Origin: Mytilus trossulus
Taxonomy: Eukaryota
Direction of reading: 5' to 3'
DNA: 64,000 nt
Assembly: GCF_036588685.1 (NCBI RefSeq)
Contig: NC_086381.1
Coordinates: 22,134,001-22,198,000 of the forward strand
Each line of letters starts with the position of its first letter. Position 1 is the stretch's first letter. The notes under the pieces were generated by a model, which was not told where the DNA came from, made no database searches, and was given only the letters and a program-made list of their open reading frames with translations. Below, piece after piece: positions 36,738-49,619 of the stretch. Both the position numbers and the translations under genes were made by a program.

Positions 36738-39700
36738 GTTAAAAATATTTCCACAAAAAAAACGAGAGAAGGTGCATGCGCAAATAAGGTTGCAGTTTCG
36801 TGATATAGCGGCATAACCCGTAATGTGAATTCGAAATGTATCTCAATCTGAAATCATATTCTAACTGTAAATTTACAAAGCAGACACACATTCTACTATC
36901 TAAACAAATCTCATAGCTGAAATGGTATTCCGGGTCTTACTTCCTTATCAGTATAATTCATTACAATAAGATAGCTGCTAACGAACCAAGATTTCTAAAT
37001 ACATGTAGCTAAATTGCTATCATGATCCTGTTGTGTAAACATTGTATAAGGATTGTGACACGAATCAACCACGACACATTCATGGTGTTCAGTTCTTGGT
37101 ATACTAAATTAAAAAGAATCTGTTTCTCTAATGACTAAAAGATATTTTTTTCTTTTTTGTTAAACGACAACCCCCTTCACATTTCACGAAGTTGTCAATT
37201 TCATTAACACCTGTTAGCATATTTTGATTCATCCAGTTAGCTAAAGAGGTTATGACTCTAAACACCATCCAATGATCTTTTGATATCACCGGCAACCACA
37301 CGTTGATAATTTTTTTCTATACAATGGGTTCAGATAGGGATACATTTCTATAGAATTAGAGAAATATTGATATATGCTATGTATCTAAACTCACCATAGA
37401 TACCAGTAAAACTTTTTTTTTTTTTTTTACGGTAGACGTGCTTTTCGTCTATGAAAGACTCATCGTTAACGCTCGAGACAAAATAGTTCATAAGGCAAAA
37501 TAAAGTATAAAGTTGTATAGCATTGAGGAACCACACTTAAATATCATTGGATAGATCAAGTACACACAACTGCTAACTACTGGACTAGGGAAATCCTCTG
37601 GATTTATTACTGTTGACCATCACTTTTTGACACTAAGTAAATACTTTTGTCTCTTATAAAGGCTGAACGTATAAGAAAATATTAATGAATGAAATCCAAG
37701 GACAAGTGTATTCTCTTCAATCATTATTTTAGTTTGAATGTCAATGTTTTACGCACTTGCTATGCAGTTGAGACATTTAAAAACCGGAGCCAAGATGACG
37801 AAATAGAAATTAAAAGATATAATTTAATAGTGCAGAATTAAACTTATAAAAGTTCAAAGCAATAAGTATTCATCATTTTCTAAAAAATTGTACACCGAGG
37901 ATATTTATATATATCAATTTTATTACGAGTTTTGATTAGACAAGATAAAAATATCAAACTACAATTCCTTATTATATATAAAGAGTAAAGGAAATTAAAC
38001 TCCCAAATATCTTACGGAATTCTATCAAACATACTAAGTCAACACCCATTTTAATGCGTAGTAAACGTGAATAATGTTATTCTCATTTTACCCTATCAAA
38101 CATATCTTCACATCTGTAAATAACAGTATCAATGTTTGTCACTTTAAAACGAATGCATTAAAGATAACTTCCTGATTGGTTTTATCACAAGAAGTTTCAT
38201 CACAAAGGTACTGCATATTATCATTATTACTTTAATGCAACATAATAAATGCTTTTTTATATAAAGTTAAAATGTTTGCACAATTTTCTTTACTTTATAT
38301 CCGTTTTCATTGCTATTGCTAATGCTATTTGCTATTATTAACCACTGTATTCATGCGTTTGAAAATATAATACTTGAAAACGGAATTTGAAACGATTGGT
38401 GACCTTCTGCCGTTGTCTGTTCTATGGTCAGGTTGTTGTGTCTTTGACACATTCCCCATTTTCATTCTCAATTTTATTACGAGTTTTGATTAGACAAGAT
38501 AAAAATATCAAACTAAAATTCCTTTTAAATTTTCTTGATGATAAGTACTATAGGTACATTTTGTCTTTAGTTGTTTAATTGTTAGCTTTTCCTTTCTATG
38601 TAGCATAATTCCAGCGGCACTAGATATACTACAAAAGTCGAAATTCAATATGATATTAAGCAATTTTGCCAACCAAAAACACTCTTCTCTCCACACTGGT
38701 GCTCTAAACCAAAATATAAAAAACCCGAAAAATTATGAAAAATTCAAAAGTAATAACCCTTGTTCCTGCAAAATATATATAATCGATGAATTGAATTTTG
38801 TAAACTGGATTTTTATAAATAAAAACATAATCGAAGTAGATCTTCACAAATCAAGTACTTAATTTTATTGTGAATAATTCGTTTAATAATATTCTATTGT
38901 ATGAATTGAATCAATTTATTTGCCTAAAAGGTAAACGTGAATTTCTTCAAGATGGAGATAATAAACAAAATTGTTTTACACTCTGTAAACCAGGTAACAA
39001 TTATTTTCTCTTTACGAATGTGCATCGAGGACCAAGGTGCAGAACAATGCAAAATTCGACACATCAAAGCGGTAAATGTACTTTGACAAATAAAATTTTA
39101 ATCGTCGTGATATGAATATGCTTTATGTTAATTGAAACATCTATGGTTTGCAAATAGATAAGAGAATAGATATGAAGTATGAGAGAGCTACATACAAATA
39201 AATCTATGTTTTGTGATCTGCATGAACGCATACTGTAGTAATATCTGAGAGATACAAAACCTATTTTAGAATGTGCATCAAGGATTGAAGTGCAGAGCAA
39301 TGCAAATCATGAAACACCAAAGTGGTTGAAGTACTTTAATTGTCAAATATAATGGTAATGCGTCGTGGTATCAATTTCAAATTCAAAATAGAAATAGGAA
39401 AGATGTCAAAGAGCAAAAAAAACTACCAAAGAGCAGACTATAGCCGAAGGTGTTCACCGGGTTGCCTCTAAGTGAAGTAGTGTACTATTTAAAAGAAAAT
39501 GGACGTCACATTAAACTCCAAAACATATAGGTAAACTAAAATTTAAAAAAAATACGACTCGCAAAGTCTGAAGGCTTCTGACTTGGGACTGACCCAGAAA
39601 TGCGACAGAGTTAAACATGTTTTGTGAGATCTCAAACCTTCCCTATACATCTAGCCAGTGTAGAATAAAGAAACACATAACAATACGCACAGTAAAACTC

Positions 39701-40856
39701 AGTTTGAAAGAAGTCTGAGTCCGATGTCAGAATAGGTGAAAGAAGAAACTAAGCAAAATGGCAATGATGCATACATTAACAAAGCATTTACTGACATGCC
39801 AGCTCCAGATCTCGATTAAACTAATTGAATAATTATGTCTTCATATAAGTACTTATTTTAAAAATATTTGTTTTGTTTCCTATTCTTTGTATACTGTAGT
39901 GAGTTACGATATCTGTTGGATATATAGATTTATGGTCCCTTTTTCTAACTTTTTCTGCCTATCGAATTAATCTTTAAAATTAAAAACATCAAATCGTCTT
40001 CTTTAAGGTCCTTTAACAAATTATATATGTTCAAAATTAGTCTTATAACAGAAAAAAATATGTGTTCGTATTTTATATCCGGTTACCTGATATATATTTA
40101 GTTCCACACGTTAAATGCGTAAATAAAATGGGAATTCTACACCGCAAAATGACAAGTGCTTTTTAATGAAATAAATTATTTATGATTGCAGTGCAACAGG
40201 GGTAACAATGAATGTCTAGATTTTCATACTACGGATTCTAGATTCAATTTCAGAAATGATGTAAGCTTATTGTGTCTAAGTTCACAGAAGCGCAGTCATT
40301 CAGGAATAATAAACAGTCGCAAATAAAATTAACACATATAAAATGTATTTCAGCCTCTATATCATAAAAATTATTTTTGCAATCAACATGATCAAAAGAT
40401 ACAGTGTTTTTAAATAATTTACCAAAATGTAGACAAAACGCGCGTCTGGCATATTAGATTAAAAATGTACACCACTGGGTCGGTGCCACTGCTTGTGGAC
40501 TTTTCGCCCTGGAGGGTATCACCAGCCCACTAGTCAGCACTTCGGTGTTGAAATGAATATCAATTATTTGGTCAATGTTATAAAGGAGAAGGTCCGGTAA
40601 GGGCCAATTTTGGCCTCTAATTTTAGGTTGATCTAACGAAATATTTTGAACACTCTTTAAAAACTTAAGTGTCTATTTCAATTGATTCAATTAGTTAATG
40701 TGAAAGATTTCAACTGATTTAGTCTTTAAAAACGTTCCCAATTGCGTTATAGTCAGAAGATATACTTATACAGACTGTAGAACATTTAAGATTCTAACCC
40801 TCATTTGCACAATTTCTTAAATTTCCCATTATATTTACAGACTTTGAGCGGGAACA

Positions 40857-43800
40857 ATGCCTTGCTGTACAAAAGTTCTCGGGAAAATCCAAGCGAAACA
40901 GATCGAACAAGATGATCTTGGAAAAGCAAAACAATTTAGATTATTCAGCATTGCTCGTCCATACATGCGAAGTTTCCACTCATCGTGGTTTTGTTTTTTC
41001 ATCGCTTTCACTTCATGGTTTGGGTTACAACCATTACTCCCCACTATAAGAAAGGAACTCAACTTATCAAAAACCGACCTTGCTAACTCAGGCATTGCTA
41101 GTGTAGCTGCTACTGTGGCTGTTAGGGTTATTATTGGACCTATGTGTGACAGATATGGACCTCGAAAAACAATGTCTTGTCTTCTAATTTCTGGTGCTGT
41201 ACCTATGGCACTAGCTGGGTTAATCAAAAGTGGCACAGGTCTGATTATATTGCGATTATTCGTTGGAATATTAGGTGGAACATTCGTTCCGTGTCAGTTC
41301 TGGACTACAGCAATGTTTAGTTCTAAGATTGTTGGAACTGCTAACGCCATAGCTGCAGGATGGGGAAATCTAGGTGGAGGCTTTACTTTTATATTAATGC
41401 CGGGATTATTCCGGTTAATGGAAGTATTTGGAGCACATGAATTTCTGGCATGGAAGATAGCAGTCGTTATACCTTCAGTTATATGTGTTCTCATAGGTAG
41501 GTTGTACAAATTTCAATATACAATGAACATGAATGCATGGGCAATTAAAATTTGAGCTGCTGAACTCACTATTCCGTAAAACAATAACAAAACATATGAT
41601 TAATTTGACTATTTTTTTAAATTATCATTGGGTATATTTCAATCAATCAGATTCGTATAGAAAAATTTGCATGTTTTTGGAATTTTGGGTCCTCAATGCT
41701 CTTCAACTTTGTACTTGTTTGGATTATAACTTTTTTGATCTGAGCGTCACTGGTGAGTCTTATGTAGAAGAAACGAGCGCCTGCCGTATCAAATTATAAG
41801 CCGGTACATTTAATAACTATATTCAATATACTTTCAAAGTAAACTGAAAATAACTGATCAAAAAATGATATTGCACGGTTATTTTCAAAATATCAGACAC
41901 AATCGGAACAGCCAATCAAATGAATTAGTGCTCTACATCTAGGTTATTGACAATAATAACATAACAATCATAGTCTTTGTACGAAGTTGATGCAAGCATA
42001 TGTTGACCAAGAGAAGTATATTGACACAGAAACTCGCCCCGAGCCAATTTACTTCTTTCATGTCAATATATTATCGTATCGACGGCATGTAAAGGTTACA
42101 AACTGATATCAGAGTATACCACAAAATGTTATTTTGTTTTCATTTAATTTAGAATAGGCTATTACCTCGGCGTAATAATATGAGCATTGCAACATTGGAA
42201 ATGTTCGAAAAACCCATGCGAATTTCCCTCTTCTTTAAGATACAAGCATACTTTTTAGACTGTCTTCCAAATATGTTTACTGTTCAGTCTTGAAAAAAAA
42301 CTAACTAAAAAAAGAGAGGCGGAAGATACTAAAAGAATATTGACAATCGTAAGTCGTAAACAAACACAAAACGCCATAGCACAAACCGAAGAACAACAAA
42401 GGCCACAAGAGTCTATAGAGCATTAAAACTAAAGACTATGCAACAGCATCAAAACAATGAAATAAAACATACAAAACCATAATCGGTTTTAACATGAGTA
42501 GCAAATGAAAAACTATCGATTTGATTAATGTACAAAACTATTATCAAATTGAAAGTAATTGCTTGCTATTAAAAAAATTTGTGTATTTTTTTCAGGGATT
42601 TTAATACTGTTCACTTCTGATGATTGTCCAAACGGCCATTGGGACAACAGAACATTACCACCATCAGCCAAATTACCAGAAAAGAAAACAGATGAAACAC
42701 AAGGTGTTGCGAATTTAGGATTTAAAAATGACTCACAGACAGAAGAGATGTCAAAGGAAGGTAAGATATAGAAAAAAACATCAAAATATTTTTTTACCGG
42801 AATTATCATATATAACAGGCTTTGAGAGGAAAAATGTTTTTTGAAAATCAAAGCCATACACATAGAAGAAGATAATCTTAGAAAAGCAAACAAAATTAGA
42901 TCATTCATCATTACTCGTCTAAACATGCATAGTCATAAATGCTCTCTAGTTACACATGTTACATGTACGATACTGTTGTTAAGTCATTAAGGATTGCATA
43001 TTTCGACATTGCTAAATATATAACTTCCCCCGACTAGCAATTACGAACACCTATGTTACTAATCTTTCTGATTTCAACTGAACCTGTTCTAAATTGTCGA
43101 AAAAATATACTGTCAGTAACAACAAATCTTTGGATTTACAGAAAATGTAACGTAGAATATCATATACTTTAAATTTTAAGGTTTGATGAAAAAAAAGAAT
43201 AACCGAAGTCATTCTTTGATGTTTTACGTTTCCACACTATAATATTTCTAATAGAGCATTTGCATTATTCACGTATCAGGATACGCACACGGATCGACGT
43301 ATACGTATCGAACAAATTTGTTTACAATAATGATTTCACCCCGATATCAATAAAAATTAAATGCATTATTAGATATTTTCATCGGGACCAACTTGACTTT
43401 ATTTATTCTTTCCTCATATACGTGATATACGATACGTCGATACGGATACGCCAGCAAATACTTGATTAATGGAAATGCTCTATTATTACTGATGACGTAT
43501 TTTCACCAAAAAAGTCCCGCGTGTTTAGAAGATAAGTTCAACGCACTGTGCAGAACATACACACAAGATCTATTGCGTACCTTCTTTTTGTCCTCATTAT
43601 GTATGCAGTTAGTGCTACCAGACTTTAAACAAATAAAAATCATTCAGGTCCAAGTTTAAACTAAACAAAATAAATGACAGAAGACCTGTCTTTAAATTTG
43701 AATGATGCCCTAGAAAAACCAAAGTTCGTAAACACAAATTATGTAATATGTACGATAATACTTTTTTTTGTAACAAAAGATTAAATGAAAGAAATGATGG

Positions 43801-45537
43801 ATTTCAAAACTACATGAATTATCTTTGACTTTGTCATAATTATACATTCACTGTTTACCTAATTTGAAAATAAGAAAATGCCTGTACCAAGTCAGGAATA
43901 TGAAAGTTGTTGTCCATTCGTTTGATGTGTTTGATGTGTTTGAGCTTTTAATTTTGCCATTTGATTAGGGACTTTTCGTTTTGAATTTTCCTCGGAGTTT
44001 AGTATTTATGAGATATTACTTTTAAAAAAACTTTGAATTTTTCAAAATACCAGGTATTTTTGTCCCCACGATACATATATGACATTAGCTGTATTTATTA
44101 GGTCCTCAATGATATTCAACTTCGTACGCAAAAACGAGACTATCAAACCTGTTTATAACAAATCGACATTACATCGATGCAAGCCCACACGAGAATCATA
44201 CCATTTAGGAGATAACTGTATTGTATTTTAAGCTCCGACGGCATCAATCGGGGATTTGATAGTCGCAAATTAAGTTTACTGGCGACGCGTTAGCCGTCGG
44301 AGCTTAAAATACAATATTGTTATCTCCATTCTAATGTATCTGACAGAAAACAACGTTAAAACATGTATTTAAAATCTGTCATATGCCGTCTGCGCTTGCG
44401 CGTACGTTCCATAGCAACAATTGTCAATTGATGCCATGTAAATAATTGACGTTATCCAATCAAAATGAACGTTACAAACGTTGTTGCATTAGAATTCACA
44501 ATATGTGTTCCAAACCAGATTTATAGTTATTTATTCGTTTTTAATTTATTATCAACTTGGATTTATACTTACGTTAATCAGTTTGATCCTCCTCTGAAAT
44601 TAGCGTATGTTATAAATTTTTATTTTTTATTTATAGTTTTAAAAATTATTCAAATTGTTATTAACTACATACCAAAACTTATTTAAACTAAAATACAAAC
44701 TGCCATTTACTTTCAGTCGAAAAGGAAACAAATGTTGACAAACTTGAAGAGCAGACGTCTCCAATAGAACAGAGAGAGGACAATAAAGAGCCAACCAGCC
44801 TAGTTGGCAAGTTTTGGGCAGCTGTTACGATGGTGGTTTTAGTGATGCAGTACGGAATGTGTTTTGGAGTAGAAATAGCTGTCAATACCGTTATGAACCT
44901 TTATTTTCTATATAGATTTAAAAAGGAGGACTGTTTGAAGGATATCAATAATCCATTTAATAAAACAAACATGACTACACCAAGTCTTGTCCGACTGGAC
45001 GACACTAACGAATGCAGCATTCTTGATCAGGATACAGCTAGTTTGATTGCATCCTTATTTGGTCTAATGAATCTGTTTGCTAGGGCAATGGGTGGGATTT
45101 ATTCTGATGTTTTGCGTCAACATTTAGGAATTGCGGGTCGTCTTACAGCCCATTTCACTTGTCTTGTAGGAGAGGGCGTAATGCTAATAATCTTTAGTAC
45201 TATGACTACTATACCCAACGCTATTGCTGTCATGATATTTTTCAGCGTGTTCGTACAAATGTCCGAAGGGACAACCTATGCTATCGTCCCTTATGTACTT
45301 CCATTACACATTGGTATTGTAGCGGGATTAGTGGGAGCAGGTGGGAACGCTGGCGCTCTGATATGGAATACAATATGGCGACAGTTAGTGGAGGACGATC
45401 CAAGTAGGTGGTTTTGGCTTATAGGATTAACCGTTTTATCCGGAAGCGTACTGACGCTTTTAGTTGAGGTACAAGATCAGCGGATCTGGGATGTATTTGT
45501 TTGTGGTAAACGTCGTAAAAAGAAGTACAACTTATAG
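40857..45537 (+). CDS. NRT2: NRT2/NarK-family (NNP, MFS) nitrate/nitrite transporter, paralogue 1; 3 coding exons, 541 aa
   Basis: Exons 40857-41496, 42596-42760 and 44717-45537 are GT-AG and phase-consistent. Motifs: ARPYMRSFHSSWFCFF, conserved Arg in VRVIIGP..DRYGPR, FVPCQFW, signature AAGWGNLGGG, DDCP.G, QYGMCFGVE, second Arg in NLFARAMGG, and GLVGAGGNAG. Confidence 0.92.
41640..41820 (+). mobile_element. Retrozyme-like dispersed repeat with a degenerate type I hammerhead, in NRT2-1 intron 1
   Basis: GAGCGTCA-CTGGTGA-GTCTTATGTAGAA-GAAAC-GAGC-GCC-TGCCGT. Homologous relics at ~37430-37476 (-), ~40428-40580, ~54762-54825, ~59620-59790 (-), ~33880-34205 (core deleted) and at the start of each 585-bp unit. 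Confidence 0.65.
43271..43450. mobile_element. Small CGTATC-rich inverted-repeat element
   Basis: CGTATC...ATCGACGTAT..CGTATC versus GATATACGATACGTCGATACGGATACG. CpG-rich against an AT-rich intron. Confidence 0.5.
44205..44496. mobile_element. Hairpin-type non-autonomous element in NRT2-1 intron 2
   Basis: ~35-bp inverted repeat GGAGATAAC..TATTGTATTTTAAGCTCCGACGGC / GCCGTCGGAGCTTAAAATACAATA..GTTATCTCC, followed by a second short pair ATTCTAATG / CATTAGAAT. Same architecture as 63722-64000. Confidence 0.65.
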
Positions 45538-46848
45538 AAATTTAAACAATATTTGATGGATTGTTTTTTTCAATTCATTATTATTTCAATAAATATGCAT
45601 CTATATATTGTGTCAATTATATAAATATATAATATGTATATAAATTGGTTTTAAGAATAAACAACGATGTAGTTGTATCAATGTAAAGTACAAATGTACA
45701 TTTTCTTAAATTGATGACATACAAACTTATGATTACATGAAGAATAACTGTCAATTGGATATCATATGAATAATAAATACACATTGTGTTCGATTATATT
45801 ATAGGTTTGATAAAATACAAAGCGAATAATACAAACTACATGAAATACAAGAAAAGCATATGATTGAACTTTCAAATTATGATAGGAACCTTTTTCTCTT
45901 CAACATGTATTTCTGTAGCAATACAAAAATAATATTTTTTTTCATTCTTCAGTTAAAACAGCTGACCCAATAGTCATTAAATGACACCCATACGATGCGG
46001 AAATGCGGCACGACAACGTATTAGCGTATGCAACTCCAATTAGAACAGATTAATAATAAATGAAACTTTTTTTCTTTGGCACTACAACAAAGGTAGTGTT
46101 CAACGTTACATTTTATCATTAAATTGCAAGTATGTTGTCCCGAAAAGGGAGACATTGTTCTCGCTATACCTTCATTACTGCATTTTGAATCTAAATATCA
46201 TAGCTTATGGTAGATTCAAAAATTCAAAGGTGGACATACTATAGTTCTATCTATGTTCAATATTTATTCCAAAACAAGTAATTAAAATTCAAACCAATGT
46301 TCCTTTGATATATTGAATATAACATAATGCAAATATTCAAACAGTCATGCAGTTAATCGACAAAATAAGATAAAACAAAATTTCACACTCTATGTGAATC
46401 TAATCATTATTGTAACGACACTCTGATTTCCAAATAACACTAATCACTCATACTTGCTGAATATTCCTGCAGTCATTTAAATCAGAGTTTCCTAAAATAA
46501 ACCCAATACTCATGTCCTTAGTATGTCGTCAATAACATATTTTAAGTTGTCTCTGAAGATTAATTGCAGAATATATTATGGTCATACATAATTTATGTTT
46601 GTTATGCATATTCTTCAGCATCTGTACATCGGAAATGGATCAGTCATGTGCATGTACATCAATGCATTTCAGGTGCAAGAGGATTATGTGCCCTTTGCCA
46701 TGAATCATGAACTCTGTTGGATGTAAGGATTTGCAAATCTGTGGATAGAGGTTTTATATAAAGAAGTATTATATTAAACGATTTATATTGGAATACGCTG
46801 TAGCATCAACATCTTTGTTTTCATATTTAAGCAAACTATGATAGATGT

Positions 46849-47745
46849 AAAATTGAGAATGGAAATGGGGAATGTGTCAAAGAGACAACAACCCGACCAA
46901 ATAAAAAACAAAACAGCAGAAGGTCACCAACAGGTCTTCAATGTAGCGAGAAATTCCCGCACCCGGAGGCGTCCTTCAGCTGGCCCCTAAACAAATATAT
47001 ACTAGTTCAGTGATAATGAACGCCATACTAATTTCCAAATTGTACACGAGAAACTAAAATTAAAATAATACAAGACTAACAAAGGCCAGAGGCTCCTGAC
47101 TTGGGACAGGCGCAAAAATGCGGCGGGCTTAAACATGTTTGTGATATCTCAACCCTCCCCCTATACCTCTAACCAATGCAGAAAAGTAAACGCATAACAA
47201 TACGCACATTAAAATTCAGTTCAAGAGAAGTCCGAGTCTGATGTCAGAAGATGTAACCAAAGAAAATAAACAAAATGACAATAATACATAAATAACAACA
47301 GACTACTAGCAGTTAGCTGACATGCCAGCTCCAGACTTCAATTAAACTGACTGAAATATTATGATTTCATCATATGAACATCAGGCACAATCCTTCCAGT
47401 TATGGGTTTAGTATCATACCACTATAACATATATGAGAAGAACATAACCCGTGTCATGCCAACAACTGTTTTTAGAATAAATGTGTTTAGTTCCGATGCA
47501 AAGACCTTATCAGTGACTCAATATTAACGCCAAAATATGCAATCTTTAATGACTTGACAACAGTATCGGAATGATGTCCCTTTTAATAAGTCTATTCAAA
47601 GGTTTTGTAAGTTTCTGAGGTGAATACTGACACCTTTGTGCTTTATAAAGAATATTTCCATAAAAAATTGGATGTGAAATACCTGAAAGTATTAAAAGTC
47701 TGCATGTTGAGCTATATTTACGAGTGATGTCTTTATACCGATGAT
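46849..47745 (+). repeat. Long copy of high-copy dispersed repeat (family B)
   Basis: AAAATTGAGAATGGAAATGGGGAATGTGTCAAAGAGACAACAACCCGACC... Near-identical reverse fragment at ~54086-54214; others at ~1203-1271, ~38397-38477 and a diverged copy at ~39390-39845. Confidence 0.8.
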
Positions 47746-48838
47746 AAATTCTTGTATAGGGAACAAATTAGATAAGTATTTTCATGAGTGTAATGATACT
47801 AATAAGAAAGAAAAAACTATATCATACAGAGATAGAAAACATAGGTAGAAAAAAAGAAGTTTAACTATAAATGTCCTCCGTCTGCATCGGACTACTAGTA
47901 TTTCACATTGGAATACAATACATTTTGGAATTGAATTTTTATTTCCTTTGTAAAAATATGACAGTCATCATAATTTATTTTCAGTCGAGACTTTTGAAAT
48001 TTATAGTACTAATAAAACTGAAATAAATTTGCAATAATGTTAAGGGTATCATTTCATTCATCAATACTGGCTAATGAATGTATCTTATAAATAACAACAT
48101 TATTGAGCCCAATTGAATTGCCCAATTTGATGCGACTGTCATATAAGTTGTCTGTTTGTCTTTTTCATTTTTAACCATGTTTTTGTCAGTTTATTTTCGA
48201 TTTATGAGTTTGAATGTCCCTCTGGTATCTTTCGTCCCCTTTTAGAGGTTTAGCTAGCTATAAAACCAGGTTTAATCTACCATTTTCTACACAAGAAATG
48301 CCTGTTCCAAGTCAGAAATATGACAGATTATATTTAAATATGAAAGGTATAAGCACTTTTCGTTAGACATATGCTGCATTTCAATAAACATCTCAATTGA
48401 CACAATACCGATATCCCCTTTTTGCCGCTGAACACGAGCAGATTGCATTTTCATTAATTATGATATTACAAATATTCATATTTACTTGATTCCTAGTAAA
48501 CAAATGAAAAAGCTGTTATAAAATTCGTTTTATCAAGCTTATTTGCTACCGTACCATTTAATGTGACCTACCGAATAAGACTGCTCACCAAATTTTTGAT
48601 ATAACATAAGCAACACGACGAATGTCACATGTGGGGCATAATCTCCTTACCCCTTCCGGAGCACCTGAGATCACCCCTAGTTTTTGGTGGTTTTTTTTTA
48701 ATCCTTTAGTTTTCTATGTTGTGTCATGTGTACTATTGTTGTCTGTTTGTCTTTTTCATTTGTAGCCATGGTGTTGTTAGTTTATTTTAAATTTATGAGT
48801 TTGACTGTCCATTTGGTATCTTTCGTCCCTGTTTTAAG

Positions 48839-49619
48839 CACAGGCACTTGTCTCAAATTTTTTTTCCCCTATATACCTTAATATAACACAAGGTACTTAA
48901 CTAAATTTTTTGAAAAATGACACCCAGTCCCGAATTCACGTTATTTTGTTTATTTCTCGGTTGTCAAACCTACTTAAAGTTAATATGCCGTAAATCTAAA
49001 TTGATTTATCTACACAATGGTATATGACACGACTATCATTGTTGTCGGGATCATTGGTAGCAGGCCTCAGAAGTCGGTCAACGGGATGTTTTTTGCATTC
49101 GTCTCAATTTTTGGCAACACCCAGCCCGCAGTGATTGAATTATTATAAAAAAATATTAAAATAAAAACTGTTACGTTATGTTAATTATGTGAAACAAACC
49201 CAAATAACTTTGTTATGAAACACACGTGTACACAACGACACTAATGTAGAGTTATAAATTGACCAAAATTTCCCACATTTATTTTTAGCCAGACGATTGA
49301 CCAATGAGAAACCAGTATAAAATTACATGCGGACCGGGTGTTGCCAAAAATTGAGACGAATGCAAAAAAACATCCCGTTGACCGACTTCTGAGGCCTGCT
49401 ACTAATGATCCCGACAACAGTGATAGTCGTGTCATATACCATTGTGTAGATAAATCAATTTAGATTTACGGCATATTAAGTTTAAGTAGGTTTGGAAACC
49501 GAGAAATAAAAAAAATTACGTGAATTCGGGACTGGGTGTCATTTTCTAAAAATTTAGTTAAGTACCTTGTGTTATATTAAGGTATATAGGAAAATTTTTT
49601 TTTGAGACAAGTGCCTGTG
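48839..49619. mobile_element. Foldback DNA transposon with ~295-bp TIRs and an 8-bp TSD (P-element-like termini)
   Basis: CACAGGCACTTGTCTCAAA... / ...TTTGAGACAAGTGCCTGTG with an exact TSD GTTTTAAG (48831-48838, 49620-49627). About 190 bp of AT-rich non-coding spacer. Confidence 0.9.
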
